DNA of 64,000 nucleotides from an uncultured delta proteobacterium (GTDB lineage Bacteria; Desulfobacterota; Desulfomonilia; Desulfomonilales; Desulfomonilaceae), in contig CAWBKB010000003.1 in NCBI GenBank assembly GCA_963789265.1, positions 448,001-512,000 of the forward strand, in the 5' to 3' direction. Below the pieces are notes generated by a model that saw nothing but the letters and a program-made list of their open reading frames with translations, was not told the DNA's origin and made no database searches. This document shows, piece by piece, positions 1 to 9,415 of this stretch (positions are counted from its first letter, which is position 1; each line of letters opens with the position of its first letter). The position numbers and the translations under genes are program-made.

Positions 1-320
1 CCGAGCTTGCCTTTGAATGCCGTTGAAAACGGAGTCCCCATAAGCAGGTCCCCGGCCATCAGAATCAGGGTGTGACGCCCTTCGGCCCGATCGTGCGCGC
101 GCACTTCCTTGATAACTGTTTGGGCCCTTGCGAATCCGCCAACGAGCCCCTCGGCCCCCGGCTCGGCTGACGGCAGGTAGTGCGCATGGGGATCGTTCAT
201 GTAAAGAATCGTGAGCTTAAGCGGTTCTGCCGCTTGTGACGCGATCACAAGCAGCAGGAATGAGAAAAGCAAGATAGTGACAAAAGAAAAGGTGAGCCTG
301 CCGCGGGATGTGACGAGCAT
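1..320 (-). CDS. 5'-nucleotidase/UshA-type metallophosphoesterase, N-terminal part (runs off window)
   Basis: Manual translation from ATG at 320: MLVTSRGRLTFSFVTILLFSFLLLVIASQAAEPLKLTILYMNDPHAH...GGFARAQ...LILMAGDLLMGTPFS. Signal peptide plus NDxH and GD metallophosphoesterase motifs. Not in the ORF track. Confidence 0.85.
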   Translation of the reverse strand, partial: MLVTSRGRLTFSFVTILLFSFLLLVIASQAAEPLKLTILYMNDPHAHYLPSAEPGAEGLVGGFARAQTVIKEVRAHDRAEGRHTLILMAGDLLMGTPFSTAFKGKL

Positions 321-400
321 ATTGCTTCCCCTTGAATTGAATGCGCCTTTTTCGGGGTGGCTGAAGGTCCTGCGCATAGCAATGATATGTAATAAAAGAA

Positions 401-478
401 TGGTCGGGGTGGCCGGATTTGAACCGGCGGCCTCGTGCTCCCAAGGCACGCGCGCTAACCAGGCTGCGCTACACCCCG
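401..478 (-). tRNA. tRNA-Pro(TGG)
   Basis: Reverse complement reads CGGGGTGTAGCGCAGCCTGGTTAGCG...CGTGC-CTTGGGA-GCACG...GGTTCAAATCC...CCCCGACCA: cloverleaf, anticodon TGG, encoded CCA. Confidence 0.97.
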
Positions 479-487
479 CAGGCTCTT

Positions 488-516
488 TTTATAGATCGCG
501 GACTCCCAAATCGCAA
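488..516 (-). promoter_or_regulatory. Putative sigma70 promoter of tRNA-Pro
   Basis: Minus strand TTGCGA-17 nt-TATAAA about 10 nt upstream of the tRNA. Confidence 0.5.
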
Positions 517-575
517 GAGTCTATGGTTGAAGAATCTGGTCACCGACCGTCAAGAATGGGTTTGGAGATGACTTG

Positions 576-730
576 GTACTCTTTTTCGCAAATACGGTAA
601 TGTTAGGAACGGGGACCGGAAGAAGATTGCTTCGCTGCGCTCGCAATGACAGGTAGTGGCATGTCATTGCGAGCGCAGCGAAGCAATCTCTCCCCTGAAA
701 ATCCGCGACCGTACTTACGAAAACCAGTAC
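576..730. repeat. MITE/REP-like element with nested inverted repeats
   Basis: Perfect 28-bp inverted repeat (624-651 / 662-689, 10-nt loop) inside an outer imperfect 23-bp inverted repeat (576-598 / 708-730, 19/23 match). Confidence 0.85.
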
Positions 731-842
731 TTAGGCTGCATAGATCACCCGGCAGGTTCGCAGAATCTCATTTCTGCGGAAAGGGTTATGGGTAGTGGGT
801 GAATTCATTGTCGCCTTGGCAATCGATGCATTACAGTTGGTT

Positions 843-1158
843 TCAGGGCCGTTCATAAAGGACCTCGCCCTCAGCTTCAATAATCGACACCAGAGTACCC
901 GCGCACTGTTCTCAAACGCTCTACTTCGCCCGGAGTATAGACCACGACATCAAGAGGCCATTTTCGCAGGCCAAATATCGCGCTCACCTCTATAGCACGT
1001 TCCGGGGGCCGGCGTTCGCTTTCCATTTCAACAAAAAGGTCCACGTCGCTGTCTTCTCTTTGATCACCTCGGGCATGGCTGCCAAACAGAATGATTCTTT
1101 TCGGATCGAAATTTTTGACAATGAGTTCTGCGATCTCTTCGAGCTGCGTTCCGTCCAT
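843..1158 (-). CDS. Minimal nucleotidyltransferase (MNT), frameshifted near 899
   Basis: IILFGSHARGD...SDVDLFV motif. Removing one base near 899 restores the typical C-terminus GTLVSIIEAEGEVLYERP* (stop 843-845). Confidence 0.85.
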
Positions 1159-1160
1159 AT

Positions 1161-1544
1161 CTAGGCCTCCGGTTTGCGAGGCGAAGCCTCGTACACCCAC
1201 ACGGTTTCCCGCTCAAGCGTCCGAGCAAATCGGCCCCCTTCCTCTAGGAGTGCTTGCCATTCCGCCGCGGTGTACACAAGCAACTCTGCGGGAACAGGAA
1301 GAGGGCTGAGGTCCCAGGTGAGCGAACGGCGCTCAAATGGCTCTGTGGTATGGTCAACTATCACCACGAGATCCAGGTCGCTTCCCACGCCCCAATCTCC
1401 ACGCGCATACGATCCAAAGTATCCCAGTCGGAGTATCTCGCCGCGGCTGCTCATTTCCTTTCCAGCCCAGTCACGAACTGCGCGATCCACCTGCCCTCGA
1501 TCAGGCCATTTGAACACGGACGTATTCAAGGATCTCACCGGCAT
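1161..1544 (-). CDS. Minimal nucleotidyltransferase (MNT) antitoxin-like protein
   Basis: YFGSYARGDWGVGSDLDLVV motif; likely start MPVRSL at 1544, overlapping the end of the HEPN gene. Confidence 0.88.
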   Translation of the reverse strand: MPVRSLNTSVFKWPDRGQVDRAVRDWAGKEMSSRGEILRLGYFGSYARGDWGVGSDLDLVVIVDHTTEPFERRSLTWDLSPLPVPAELLVYTAAEWQALLEEGGRFARTLERETVWVYEASPRKPEA

Positions 1545-1884
1545 ATCGAATCGCCTCTTTGCTCTGAATGGGCCCATAGTGCTCGAAGGGTGCCCCTTCA
1601 GGGTGTCCATTCGCGTAACGGGTGGGAATGTAAAAGTTGTCCAAAACCTTCGCTTTTTCGATCAGATCCTCTGGAACCGATGAAGGAAGTTCCGTCAACA
1701 GGTGTGCCACAACGTGCCCCCAGGCTTCCTGGCCCAGCGCCAGGTGCAGCGCTTTCACCGACTTTTCGGCAGACTGTTGAGCTGCAAAACATGCCCATTC
1801 GTGGCGGCCTTCAAGTTCGGACGCTCTGGCCTGTTCCAAATCGCGAACGGCCTGAGCAAGCCAATCCTTTGACCGATTTGACAC
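1501..1884 (-). CDS. HEPN domain protein (HEPN-MNT toxin-antitoxin pair)
   Basis: DWLAQAVRDL...WACFAAQQSAEKSVKA and YIPTRYANGH (Rx4H); adjacent to MNT. Confidence 0.9.
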   Translation of the reverse strand: MSNRSKDWLAQAVRDLEQARASELEGRHEWACFAAQQSAEKSVKALHLALGQEAWGHVVAHLLTELPSSVPEDLIEKAKVLDNFYIPTRYANGHPEGAPFEHYGPIQSKEAIRYAGEILEYVRVQMA

Positions 1885-1918
1885 CGGAGCCTCCCTCAGG
1901 ATTCGGTTTCTAGGAATT

Positions 1919-2517
1919 TCATGTGACTAATTTTCGCAGAAACTCGGCAAATTCCTTCAGCGCCAGGCCGCGATGACTCACACGGTTCTTTGATTCTATG
2001 TCCATTTCGGCAAAGGTTCGTCCGGCTTTTTCAAAGTAGAAAATCGGGTCGTACCCGAAGCCCGATGTCCCTCGCGAATCGCGCGTTATTCGTCCCTCGC
2101 ATACACCCCGAAAGAGTTTTTCTTCTCCATCGGGCGCCACCAGAGCCAAGGCGCAGATAAATCTAGCCGAACGTCGAGCGTCCGGAACGTCCTGCATCTC
2201 GTCGAGGATTCGCGTGTATTTTTCTTCGTCGGACGCGTTTTCACCTGCGTACCGCGTGGAAGAACTCCCGGACGGCCATCCAGAGCATCAACGCATAGTC
2301 CTGAGTCGTCCGCGAGGGTTACCATTTGGGTTGAGAAAGCTATGACTCGAGCCTTCTTCAAAGCGTTCTCTTCGAATGTTGCCCCGTCTTCGACCACCTC
2401 CGGAATGCCCGACATATCCGACAGCGACAGGAACTTAACCGGGAGACCTTTCACCAGGTCTTGGATTTCCTCGACCTTTCCCTGGTTTGTCGTTGCTATC
2501 AGGATATTATCCGGCAT
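1919..2517 (-). CDS. rdgB: Non-canonical purine NTP (XTP/dITP) pyrophosphatase, frameshifted near 2260
   Basis: IATTNQGK, ENALKKA and ADDSGL in ORF 2086-2526; GFGYDPIF and KNRVSHRG in ORF 1919-2197. Confidence 0.92.
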
Positions 2518-2538
2518 CCTGTGCAAGATAATGTCCTT

Positions 2539-4968
2539 TCATTTCAGAGAGATGGATCTGGTGGGAACAGACTTGAAGAGGACAGCGTTGAATCCGCTTT
2601 TCTGAATGTCCGCGGTCCGGACCGGGTCGCGAAATGACCGGCCATTCAACCATGCACGCGTCTGATCCTTGTAATGCGTGGAAAAGAAATGAGCAGAGAC
2701 GCCCATTGGGCTTGCGGCGGCAAGTTGCACCGGCTGGGTCATGTCAATCACCTCCCGGAGGGACATTCCGACAGATACATGAAAAGGCTGGGCCTGTGAC
2801 CAGCCGGCAAAACCGATCGTATCCGCAGAGCCTGAAAGGGGGATTGGCCCTACCTGGTACAGAGCTTCCAGAAACTTGGATCGCGCTGCAAGAGGATGGC
2901 GAAATTCAGTTGTGTGGATCTCCCCCCACTTCCACTTCTTGGGGTCAGATCCCATGAGGCTCTGTCCGCGCCTCACGGCCTTCTGAAAGCCCCTTATAAG
3001 AATTTCTCGGGGCTCGGCTTTCCCAAGCCAGGCAGTTTGATTTTTCAAAAAGATCCTTCGTACTGCCCGCAATGGCAGCGCAGAGTAACTCGTGAATCCC
3101 TTGTAAAGCGGCTCGGCAAGAGGCTCCAGGAAAAGGTCCTCTACCAATGCCTGATAGAACAAACCGAATATCGCAGCACCGGGAGATTCTCTTGCCATTT
3201 TGAAGTCCCACGTCCCCAAAATGCGAGCGGCTTCTTCCTCGGGGCGATTCTTGCCGGTTCCTGCGACAGCCTTGAGTAAAACCGGAGTGAAGTCCCTTGC
3301 CAGAGGTGATAAGCAATCTCTCTGAATTTTCTGGAAACTCTCTTGCTGATGTACTTGATTTTCTTCGAGTAGTTCCCTGATTCGGGAGGTCTTGTCCGCA
3401 TCGTACCAGTAGCAACTGACAAAGAATGGATAGTTCTTTCCGCCGGGACGATCGTCAGCCGCGATGCAATAGCCTGTAGGAAGGCTGACTGACGATGGAA
3501 GATCGTCGAACGGGATAAATCCTCGCCAGTCATGTATGCCGGTCCATCCCGGCATGGGCAATATTCCATCACTTCCTGAAGGACGCAACGGGACTCGGCC
3601 GGCAAACTGAATTCCGGATTCTTCCTGGTCGGCCCAGGCCACGTTCAAACATGGGGCGATGAGCAGTCTGAGAGATTTATCAATTTCCTTACGGTTGCGC
3701 GCCCTGTTCAAACCGTACAAGGCTGCAAAAAAACCAAGCCCATGCCGCCCCGTCCATCTCAGAGAGAGGGCACGATTCTTGTCGACTTCGGACACGAGAG
3801 GCCCTGTTTCAGTGAATATTACGACGCGGGTAGCAACGGAGCCGCCTTTAATCCGGTACTTCTCAGTCAATTCCTTTACCTTTTTCCAACGGTCCAAACG
3901 CCAATAATTTTTGGGGGTGTCCGAGTCCACACGCTCTACAAAAAGATCCGCATCATCCACTAGTGCTGGGACGCACCCCCATCCAAGGCGGTCGTTTGTG
4001 CCTGCGATCGCCGCGGGCACGCCCGGAATAAAGGTTCCGGAGAGATGAAAGTTTCCCGCGGCCAACCGCGCCCTGTACCAGAATCCCGGCGCTGTTAAAG
4101 ACTGATAAACCGCGGACGCGGCCATGGGTTTACCGCTCTGGCTCATTCCTGGTCCAACCGTCCAGGCGCAGCCGCCCCGGAAACCGGGAACACGGTCGAA
4201 AATACCTCTGCTTCTCGATCTAGGGAACAAAATCCCCGTTGGGTCCCAATGTGCCAAGTCAGCGGCAACAAAAGGGGACGGGGCCCCCGGATCGGTAGGA
4301 AGGAGCTGCAAAGCTCTCTTCGTACCGAGTCGAGCGACCATTCTGATGAACATTGGATCTACGCGGGTGGCTACAGAACTTTCCCATGCCAGGGCAGCCG
4401 CTATCGAGGAGACATCCTCCGGCGAGAAAGGCGCAGGCCGGTAGTTCAACAGGGAGAACTCAACGGGAAGTTTTCCCGCATGTGCAGATATGTATTTATT
4501 GATTCCCTGAACGAACTTCTCGAGCCACCGCCGCTCCCTTTCGCCGAGATGCGCCAGTGTATCTTCGGAAGCTCTCCTGCCCCTCACCATTCTCATGAGG
4601 TGGTCGCCTTCCAGGTAATCCGCTCCGAGGATTTCAGCCAGCCTACCCTGGCCGGCTTTCCGCAGATAGTCCATTTGCCACAAGCGGTCCTGGGCCATGA
4701 CGTACCCCAGTACCATGGCCACATCGTCTTCGTTTTTCCCTATAATTCCAGGAACGCCGTTTTGATCGCGCAAAACACGTACGTCGGCGAGTAGGCCGGG
4801 AATCTGAACGAAAGCCTCACTGTCGGGAAGGAGTGAAAGGGTAAAAAAGTAAATCCATAAGGCTCCCGCGCCGGCTATCAGGATCAGAATCACGGGGATG
4901 GCCGTGAAGATTCGCATCAGCCACGCGGGGTCAATCTCCTTTTTCAGGAAGGATTTGGCCGAAATCAA
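2539..4968 (-). CDS. Penicillin acylase (Ntn-hydrolase S45) family protein with degenerate catalytic motifs
   Basis: LGYVMAQDRLWQMD, GRLAEILG, W(G)EIH and HYKDQT family motifs; N-terminal membrane anchor; 809 aa. Confidence 0.88.
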   Translation of the reverse strand: MISAKSFLKKEIDPAWLMRIFTAIPVILILIAGAGALWIYFFTLSLLPDSEAFVQIPGLLADVRVLRDQNGVPGIIGKNEDDVAMVLGYVMAQDRLWQMDYLRKAGQGRLAEILGADYLEGDHLMRMVRGRRASEDTLAHLGERERRWLEKFVQGINKYISAHAGKLPVEFSLLNYRPAPFSPEDVSSIAAALAWESSVATRVDPMFIRMVARLGTKRALQLLPTDPGAPSPFVAADLAHWDPTGILFPRSRSRGIFDRVPGFRGGCAWTVGPGMSQSGKPMAASAVYQSLTAPGFWYRARLAAGNFHLSGTFIPGVPAAIAGTNDRLGWGCVPALVDDADLFVERVDSDTPKNYWRLDRWKKVKELTEKYRIKGGSVATRVVIFTETGPLVSEVDKNRALSLRWTGRHGLGFFAALYGLNRARNRKEIDKSLRLLIAPCLNVAWADQEESGIQFAGRVPLRPSGSDGILPMPGWTGIHDWRGFIPFDDLPSSVSLPTGYCIAADDRPGGKNYPFFVSCYWYDADKTSRIRELLEENQVHQQESFQKIQRDCLSPLARDFTPVLLKAVAGTGKNRPEEEAARILGTWDFKMARESPGAAIFGLFYQALVEDLFLEPLAEPLYKGFTSYSALPLRAVRRIFLKNQTAWLGKAEPREILIRGFQKAVRRGQSLMGSDPKKWKWGEIHTTEFRHPLAARSKFLEALYQVGPIPLSGSADTIGFAGWSQAQPFHVSVGMSLREVIDMTQPVQLAAASPMGVSAHFFSTHYKDQTRAWLNGRSFRDPVRTADIQKSGFNAVLFKSVPTRSISLK

Positions 4969-5933
4969 TTATCCGGTCCTCCCAGTAATGTTTGCACCAA
5001 ATCAGAGCTTACGCCATAAGGATCTCTTCTCTTGGCGACTATGTCTTCCACCACCCCTTCCAGGGTTTCAACCCCCCCCAGCTTTTTCAATGCTCTCTCC
5101 ATGAGTTCTTCCTTCAGGAGATCCAGCACCTGGTTTCTTGTACGGATTTTGTCACGCTCGATTAACCTTTCTTTACCGTGTTTGAGCAAGTACTCGCGGT
5201 GATTCGTAATTGCGCGGTGAAGCTCGTCCAATCCCAGTTCGGATGTGGCCACAGTCTCTATTATCGGAGGAGTCCACCCGTTGGCCTGGTAACGATCGGA
5301 AGACATTTGTAGCAGGAATCTCAGTTCCCGCACTGTCTTATTGGCGCCGTCGCGGTCGGCCTTGTTGACCACAAAGAGGTCTCCGATCTCCATAAGTCCT
5401 GCCTTGATCGCCTGTATTTCGTCACCCATACCGGGAATCGTAACCAAAACGGTCGTATGTGCGCTGTGCGCTATGTCAACTTCGTCCTGTCCTACCCCAA
5501 CGGTCTCCACGACAATGACATCTTTGCCCATAGCATCAAGGACGACAATGGCGTCCGCAGTGGACCGAGTGAGCCCCCCGAATTTCCCGCGCGTAGCCAT
5601 AGATCGAATGAATACGCCTTCGTCCAGAAAATGTTTCTGCATTCTGATCCGGTCGCCTAAGATCGCCCCTCCTGTGAAAGGACTGGTGGGATCGACCGCT
5701 AGTATCCCAACTGTCTTGCCTTCTTGACGAAATTTTGAGACTACTCGATCTACCAGCGTGGACTTCCCCACGCCGGGCGAGCCGGTAAATCCGATTACAA
5801 AGGAGTGTCCCGCGTGACGATAGAGCAGGGCCAAATCCTCAAACACCTCGCGTTCTCCATCGTCTATTCGGCGGATCAAGCGAGCAGCCGCGCGCATGTC
5901 GCCCCGTATGATCTTTTCAGCCAGTGAAGGCAT
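4965..5933 (-). CDS. meaB: Methylmalonyl-CoA mutase-associated GTPase MeaB/ArgK
   Basis: GSPGVGKST, DPTSPFTGGAILGDRIRM, ETVGVGQ, NKAD. Confidence 0.95.
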   Translation of the reverse strand: MPSLAEKIIRGDMRAAARLIRRIDDGEREVFEDLALLYRHAGHSFVIGFTGSPGVGKSTLVDRVVSKFRQEGKTVGILAVDPTSPFTGGAILGDRIRMQKHFLDEGVFIRSMATRGKFGGLTRSTADAIVVLDAMGKDVIVVETVGVGQDEVDIAHSAHTTVLVTIPGMGDEIQAIKAGLMEIGDLFVVNKADRDGANKTVRELRFLLQMSSDRYQANGWTPPIIETVATSELGLDELHRAITNHREYLLKHGKERLIERDKIRTRNQVLDLLKEELMERALKKLGGVETLEGVVEDIVAKRRDPYGVSSDLVQTLLGGPDN

Positions 5934-6180
5934 AGTTTCTCAAGCGTTTGATTTGACGAACTCTTTAAGTTTGTCGAGTACGCTTTCGCCGGTGACCGGT
6001 CAGCACCTTTAGCTGGTCCTATCACTCGGTTATTGGTAGAAGTCGGAAGCCGGATTGTCAATAGGAAATAAGATTTTACGCATGAGTTTTAGGTTATGAC
6101 TTGAAAAGAGTGTGCAGATATGGAATTGAAACCGGCAACTAAGGTTGAAGCTATGAATTGTGGATGTTAGGATTCGACCC

Positions 6181-6669
6181 ATGAAAGAGTATCTGCTGAT
6201 TCTGTTTAGGGCCGCGATAATCCTTGGTTGCGCTTCTCTCGTCGGGCTGGGCGTAAATCTGATCCGCCCGAAGCCCTTGACGTGGACATATATTGCTCCA
6301 AGGGAACTCGAAGTGCACGGCGTCAAGATCCCCTTGATCGACGAGAAGGCAGCGCACAGGTTTTTCGGCGCCGATAGGACCGTGTTCGTGGACGCGCGCA
6401 AGAAGGAAGACTATTACGAGAGCCACGTGCAAGGAGCAATTTTCCTCGACCCAGACGAGAAAGAAGAGCAGTTTCGCTCGTTGCAGCCGCTTCTTCCGGA
6501 GGGCGCTCATATCATCCTGTACTGCTACGGCCCCGAATGCGATATGGCCGAACAAGACGCCGATTTTTTTGCTCAGTTGGGGTACAAGAAGATGATGATT
6601 ATGACATCCGGTTTTCGTGCGTGGAAAAAAGCGGGTTATCCGGTCGAGGGTAAAGGTAAGAGTAAGTAA
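6181..6669 (+). CDS. Membrane-anchored rhodanese-like domain protein
   Basis: N-terminal hydrophobic helix, FVDAR...HVQGA, YCYGPEC loop, GFRAWKKAGYPVE. Confidence 0.85.
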   Translation: MKEYLLILFRAAIILGCASLVGLGVNLIRPKPLTWTYIAPRELEVHGVKIPLIDEKAAHRFFGADRTVFVDARKKEDYYESHVQGAIFLDPDEKEEQFRSLQPLLPEGAHIILYCYGPECDMAEQDADFFAQLGYKKMMIMTSGFRAWKKAGYPVEGKGKSK

Positions 6670-6810
6670 CTATGAGCATTATTTTGGTTGCGCCCACTCC
6701 CCGTATTTCCTCCTTCAGGAAAAGTTGACCTACAGCGCATTGATGGACGAACCCAGGCGTGCGCGACGCACTCTTATGTGGTATATCCTGTCCTTTCGCA
6801 AGGAGAAGCG

Positions 6811-7800
6811 ATGACTGACCGTTACCAGCAATTCCTGGGAACTGACCCCGGGATGATAGTGGAACTCATAGATGATTCCGTCTCACCGTATCGAGTACGC
6901 ACCGAAGATGGATTTGAATTCTGCATAAGTGCCGACGATTTCAGGGACTATTACCGAAAAGAAGGTAGCTCTACCCCGCAGCGCTGGGCCCATCTGGTCA
7001 CCGACCTCGACCAGGGGATGGTGAATTCAGGCAAGGTGGCCGAGGTGATGAAAGTCCTGCACTCTTTCGAAGAGGTATTTGAGGATTTTGACACGTCAAG
7101 GGGATTTGTGCGAGCGGCCTTGAGAGCCCTCGGGAACGATCCGAAGCCCGATTTCAAAAAGGCACAGCAGCAGCTTGAGACACTCGGTTGGACCACTGAA
7201 GGCCTTACGGATAGGCACTGGAGCCGTTTGCTAGGCGTAAACGGCGACACGAAGGCCCTCCTTATGAGTGAACATTGTGCGGTCCTTCAATTCCCTGCAT
7301 TGCCGGACCTGCCCGGCAGCGCGGTTGAATCAAAAAGGCAAGCGCCTCCCCAATCGGGACCGGCAGCCAAGAAAACTCCCCGGAAAATCGCGGCCGAAGG
7401 TCGTATGGCTCGGTTGAAGAATGTTGATATGGCCGTCCAGGGAGATAATCTGACTGTCACCGTTGACCTTTCAAAAGAGTTTGGCCCTTCCAAATCGGGA
7501 AAGACCATAATTGTTGCCTCGACCGAAGGAAACAAGACGGTTCCGGGACGTGTCGAGAGAATCGGCTTAAATATTTACAGGGAGCAGGACAAGAAAGGGA
7601 AGAAAGGACGGCATCAGTCGTTCAAGAATGTTGAAATGGCTCTGCAGGAAGACCGGCTAGTTATTGCTGTGGATCTTTCCAAAGAGCTTGGGCCGTCAAA
7701 GTCCGGTAAAACAATAATCATCGCTTCAACAGGCGGAAACCAACTAGTCTTCGGGAGACCGGAAAAGATAGGTCTGAACGTCTACAGGAAAATAGAATAA
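6811..7800 (+). CDS. Hypothetical protein with a tandemly duplicated ~60-aa C-terminal domain
   Basis: AAGGAG upstream of ATG 6811; two copies of KNVxMxxQxDxLxxxVDLSKExGPSKSGKTIIxASTxGN...IGLNxY. Confidence 0.8.
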   Translation: MTDRYQQFLGTDPGMIVELIDDSVSPYRVRTEDGFEFCISADDFRDYYRKEGSSTPQRWAHLVTDLDQGMVNSGKVAEVMKVLHSFEEVFEDFDTSRGFVRAALRALGNDPKPDFKKAQQQLETLGWTTEGLTDRHWSRLLGVNGDTKALLMSEHCAVLQFPALPDLPGSAVESKRQAPPQSGPAAKKTPRKIAAEGRMARLKNVDMAVQGDNLTVTVDLSKEFGPSKSGKTIIVASTEGNKTVPGRVERIGLNIYREQDKKGKKGRHQSFKNVEMALQEDRLVIAVDLSKELGPSKSGKTIIIASTGGNQLVFGRPEKIGLNVYRKIE

Positions 7801-7807
7801 GGAGGCT

Positions 7808-8326
7808 TTGTTAATGTTTGTTTTCGGAACCGCGGACGACGTCTTTACTATGGCCATTCGTATCGAGGAGAACGGCAACGCATTTTATGCCGGGGCTGCC
7901 GAAATGACGACGAATCCCGAAGTGAAGAAACTCTTCGATGACCTTGCTCTAATGGAGGCGAGTCACATACAGATTTTCAGAACTCTCAGGAGCAAACTAC
8001 CCGACGCAGCAGCGAGCGGAGCGGTTTGGGACCCCGAAGGGCTTGCCGAGAGCTATCTGGAAGCCACGGCTGATTCCCATGTGTTCACGCTAGAAGCCGC
8101 CACCGAGAGGCTGAAGACGGTGAAATCGGCTATGGAAGCCCTTGACATGGCACTCCAGTTTGAAAAAGATTCTCTGACATTTTTCCTTGGAATGAAGGAG
8201 GTATTCCCCGATCCCAGCGGCCGCGGCGAAATTGACCAACTCATAAAGTCAGAGATGCTTCATATCCGAATGCTGTCAGGAGCAAAGAAGCGGCTGGAGG
8301 AAACAGGAGCTGGAGGGATTTTTTGA
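7808..8326 (+). CDS. Ferritin-like/rubrerythrin-family protein
   Basis: AIRIEENGNAFY, EASH, ALQFEKDS, EMLH di-iron helix motifs; AAGGAGG Shine-Dalgarno. Confidence 0.88.
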   Translation: MLMFVFGTADDVFTMAIRIEENGNAFYAGAAEMTTNPEVKKLFDDLALMEASHIQIFRTLRSKLPDAAASGAVWDPEGLAESYLEATADSHVFTLEAATERLKTVKSAMEALDMALQFEKDSLTFFLGMKEVFPDPSGRGEIDQLIKSEMLHIRMLSGAKKRLEETGAGGIF

Positions 8327-8353
8327 GCAGGATATTGTCGGGCACGGCCCGAC

Positions 8354-8596
8354 CTACGGTTTGGAGGTGGCCGCCGGCTGTTCCTTGCCGGTTCTCAGAG
8401 TTGCCTGTATGCGCTCCCCTTTGCGTTCTCCTTCGAGGATTTCCAGACTGGCAAGGCAGCCTCCTCCCTCCAGCGCAAGACACGACAAGACGCGGCATTT
8501 CACGTGTGATCCCCGGTCCATAACTTGGATCACATCCCCCGGGGCCAGAAGCTGCTCTCCGCGCAGGGAACTCTTGTATTTCTTTTCTTTGGCCAT
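8354..8596 (-). CDS. Small hypothetical protein
   Basis: 80-aa ORF co-oriented with the upstream lipoprotein gene; protein-like composition. Confidence 0.6.
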   Translation of the reverse strand: MAKEKKYKSSLRGEQLLAPGDVIQVMDRGSHVKCRVLSCLALEGGGCLASLEILEGERKGERIQATLRTGKEQPAATSKP

Positions 8597-8609
8597 TTCT
8601 TCTTTTAAG

Positions 8610-8852
8610 TCAAAACCTGTCCGGGCAGGCCGTCTCGGAGAAGGCAGCGCTTACCGGAACAACGTTGCGGGTTCTTCCTGAAATGGTCTTTTCTAAGGCA
8701 GAATTTTGGCTGACCTTCGTGGCCTCAGATGTCGCCCGGTCGGTGGTCTTGGAAATATGTGCAGTTAGGTCATGGCCGAATGGAAGATGACCGGTGATGC
8801 AGCCGGAGAGAAACAGAGAAGCAAAAATAAAAATAGAGACAAGGTATTTCAT
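8610..8852 (-). CDS. Small putative lipoprotein
   Basis: MKYLVSIFIFASLFLSGC: signal peptide with lipobox LSGC. Confidence 0.65.
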   Translation of the reverse strand: MKYLVSIFIFASLFLSGCITGHLPFGHDLTAHISKTTDRATSEATKVSQNSALEKTISGRTRNVVPVSAAFSETACPDRF

Positions 8853-8970
8853 GACCGCGCTTCCGCGTAAAGAATACCCTCTCTCTGTGTCTATGATTAA
8901 ATCACAAAAGCCCGTTCAGGTCAAGGTTTATTCAAAGTTGCCGAGACAGGTTGCGAGGGAATCGGTAGGA

Positions 8971-9415
8971 TCAGGCCGGCTCCGTGAGGCCACTGAAGAT
9001 GCGATCCACTTCCGCTTGCATTGCCTCGGCCTCTATCGACCGGGAGTGATCGTACCCGACGAGATGCAGTATTCCATGGATTAGCAGGTAAAGGATCATC
9101 TCGGTGTCGGTATAACCCAGTGTAGCAGCATCATCCGCCGCCCTATCCGTACAGATGACAACATCGCCGATCAGATCGGGTTGCAAGCCTGTGGGTTCTC
9201 CTTCGGTTTGGGAAAAAGACAGTACGTTTCGTAGGTTCTTTCTTGCCACGGTACTTGTAATTGAGGTCAGACATTGCAGCAGCGTCAACAAGCGCGAGCG
9301 AGAGTATTACTGACGCCTTACAGCCCAAGTCTTCTAATATTCGTTCCGTTTTCTTCCGCAGGTCTTCCGGATCGATGTCGATCCTTTTCTGGCTGTTGTC
9401 TATTAGTATCTCCAT
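8971..9415 (-). CDS. ybeY: rRNA maturation endoribonuclease YbeY, frameshifted near 9229
   Basis: LNYKYRGKKEPT in one frame; NVLSF...IGDVVIC...HGILHLVGYDH in the next. Confidence 0.93.

Noticed and set aside
211..600. 129-aa + strand ORF and 75-aa minus-strand ORF
   Set aside because: They overlap tRNA-Pro and the nucleotidase start; spurious.
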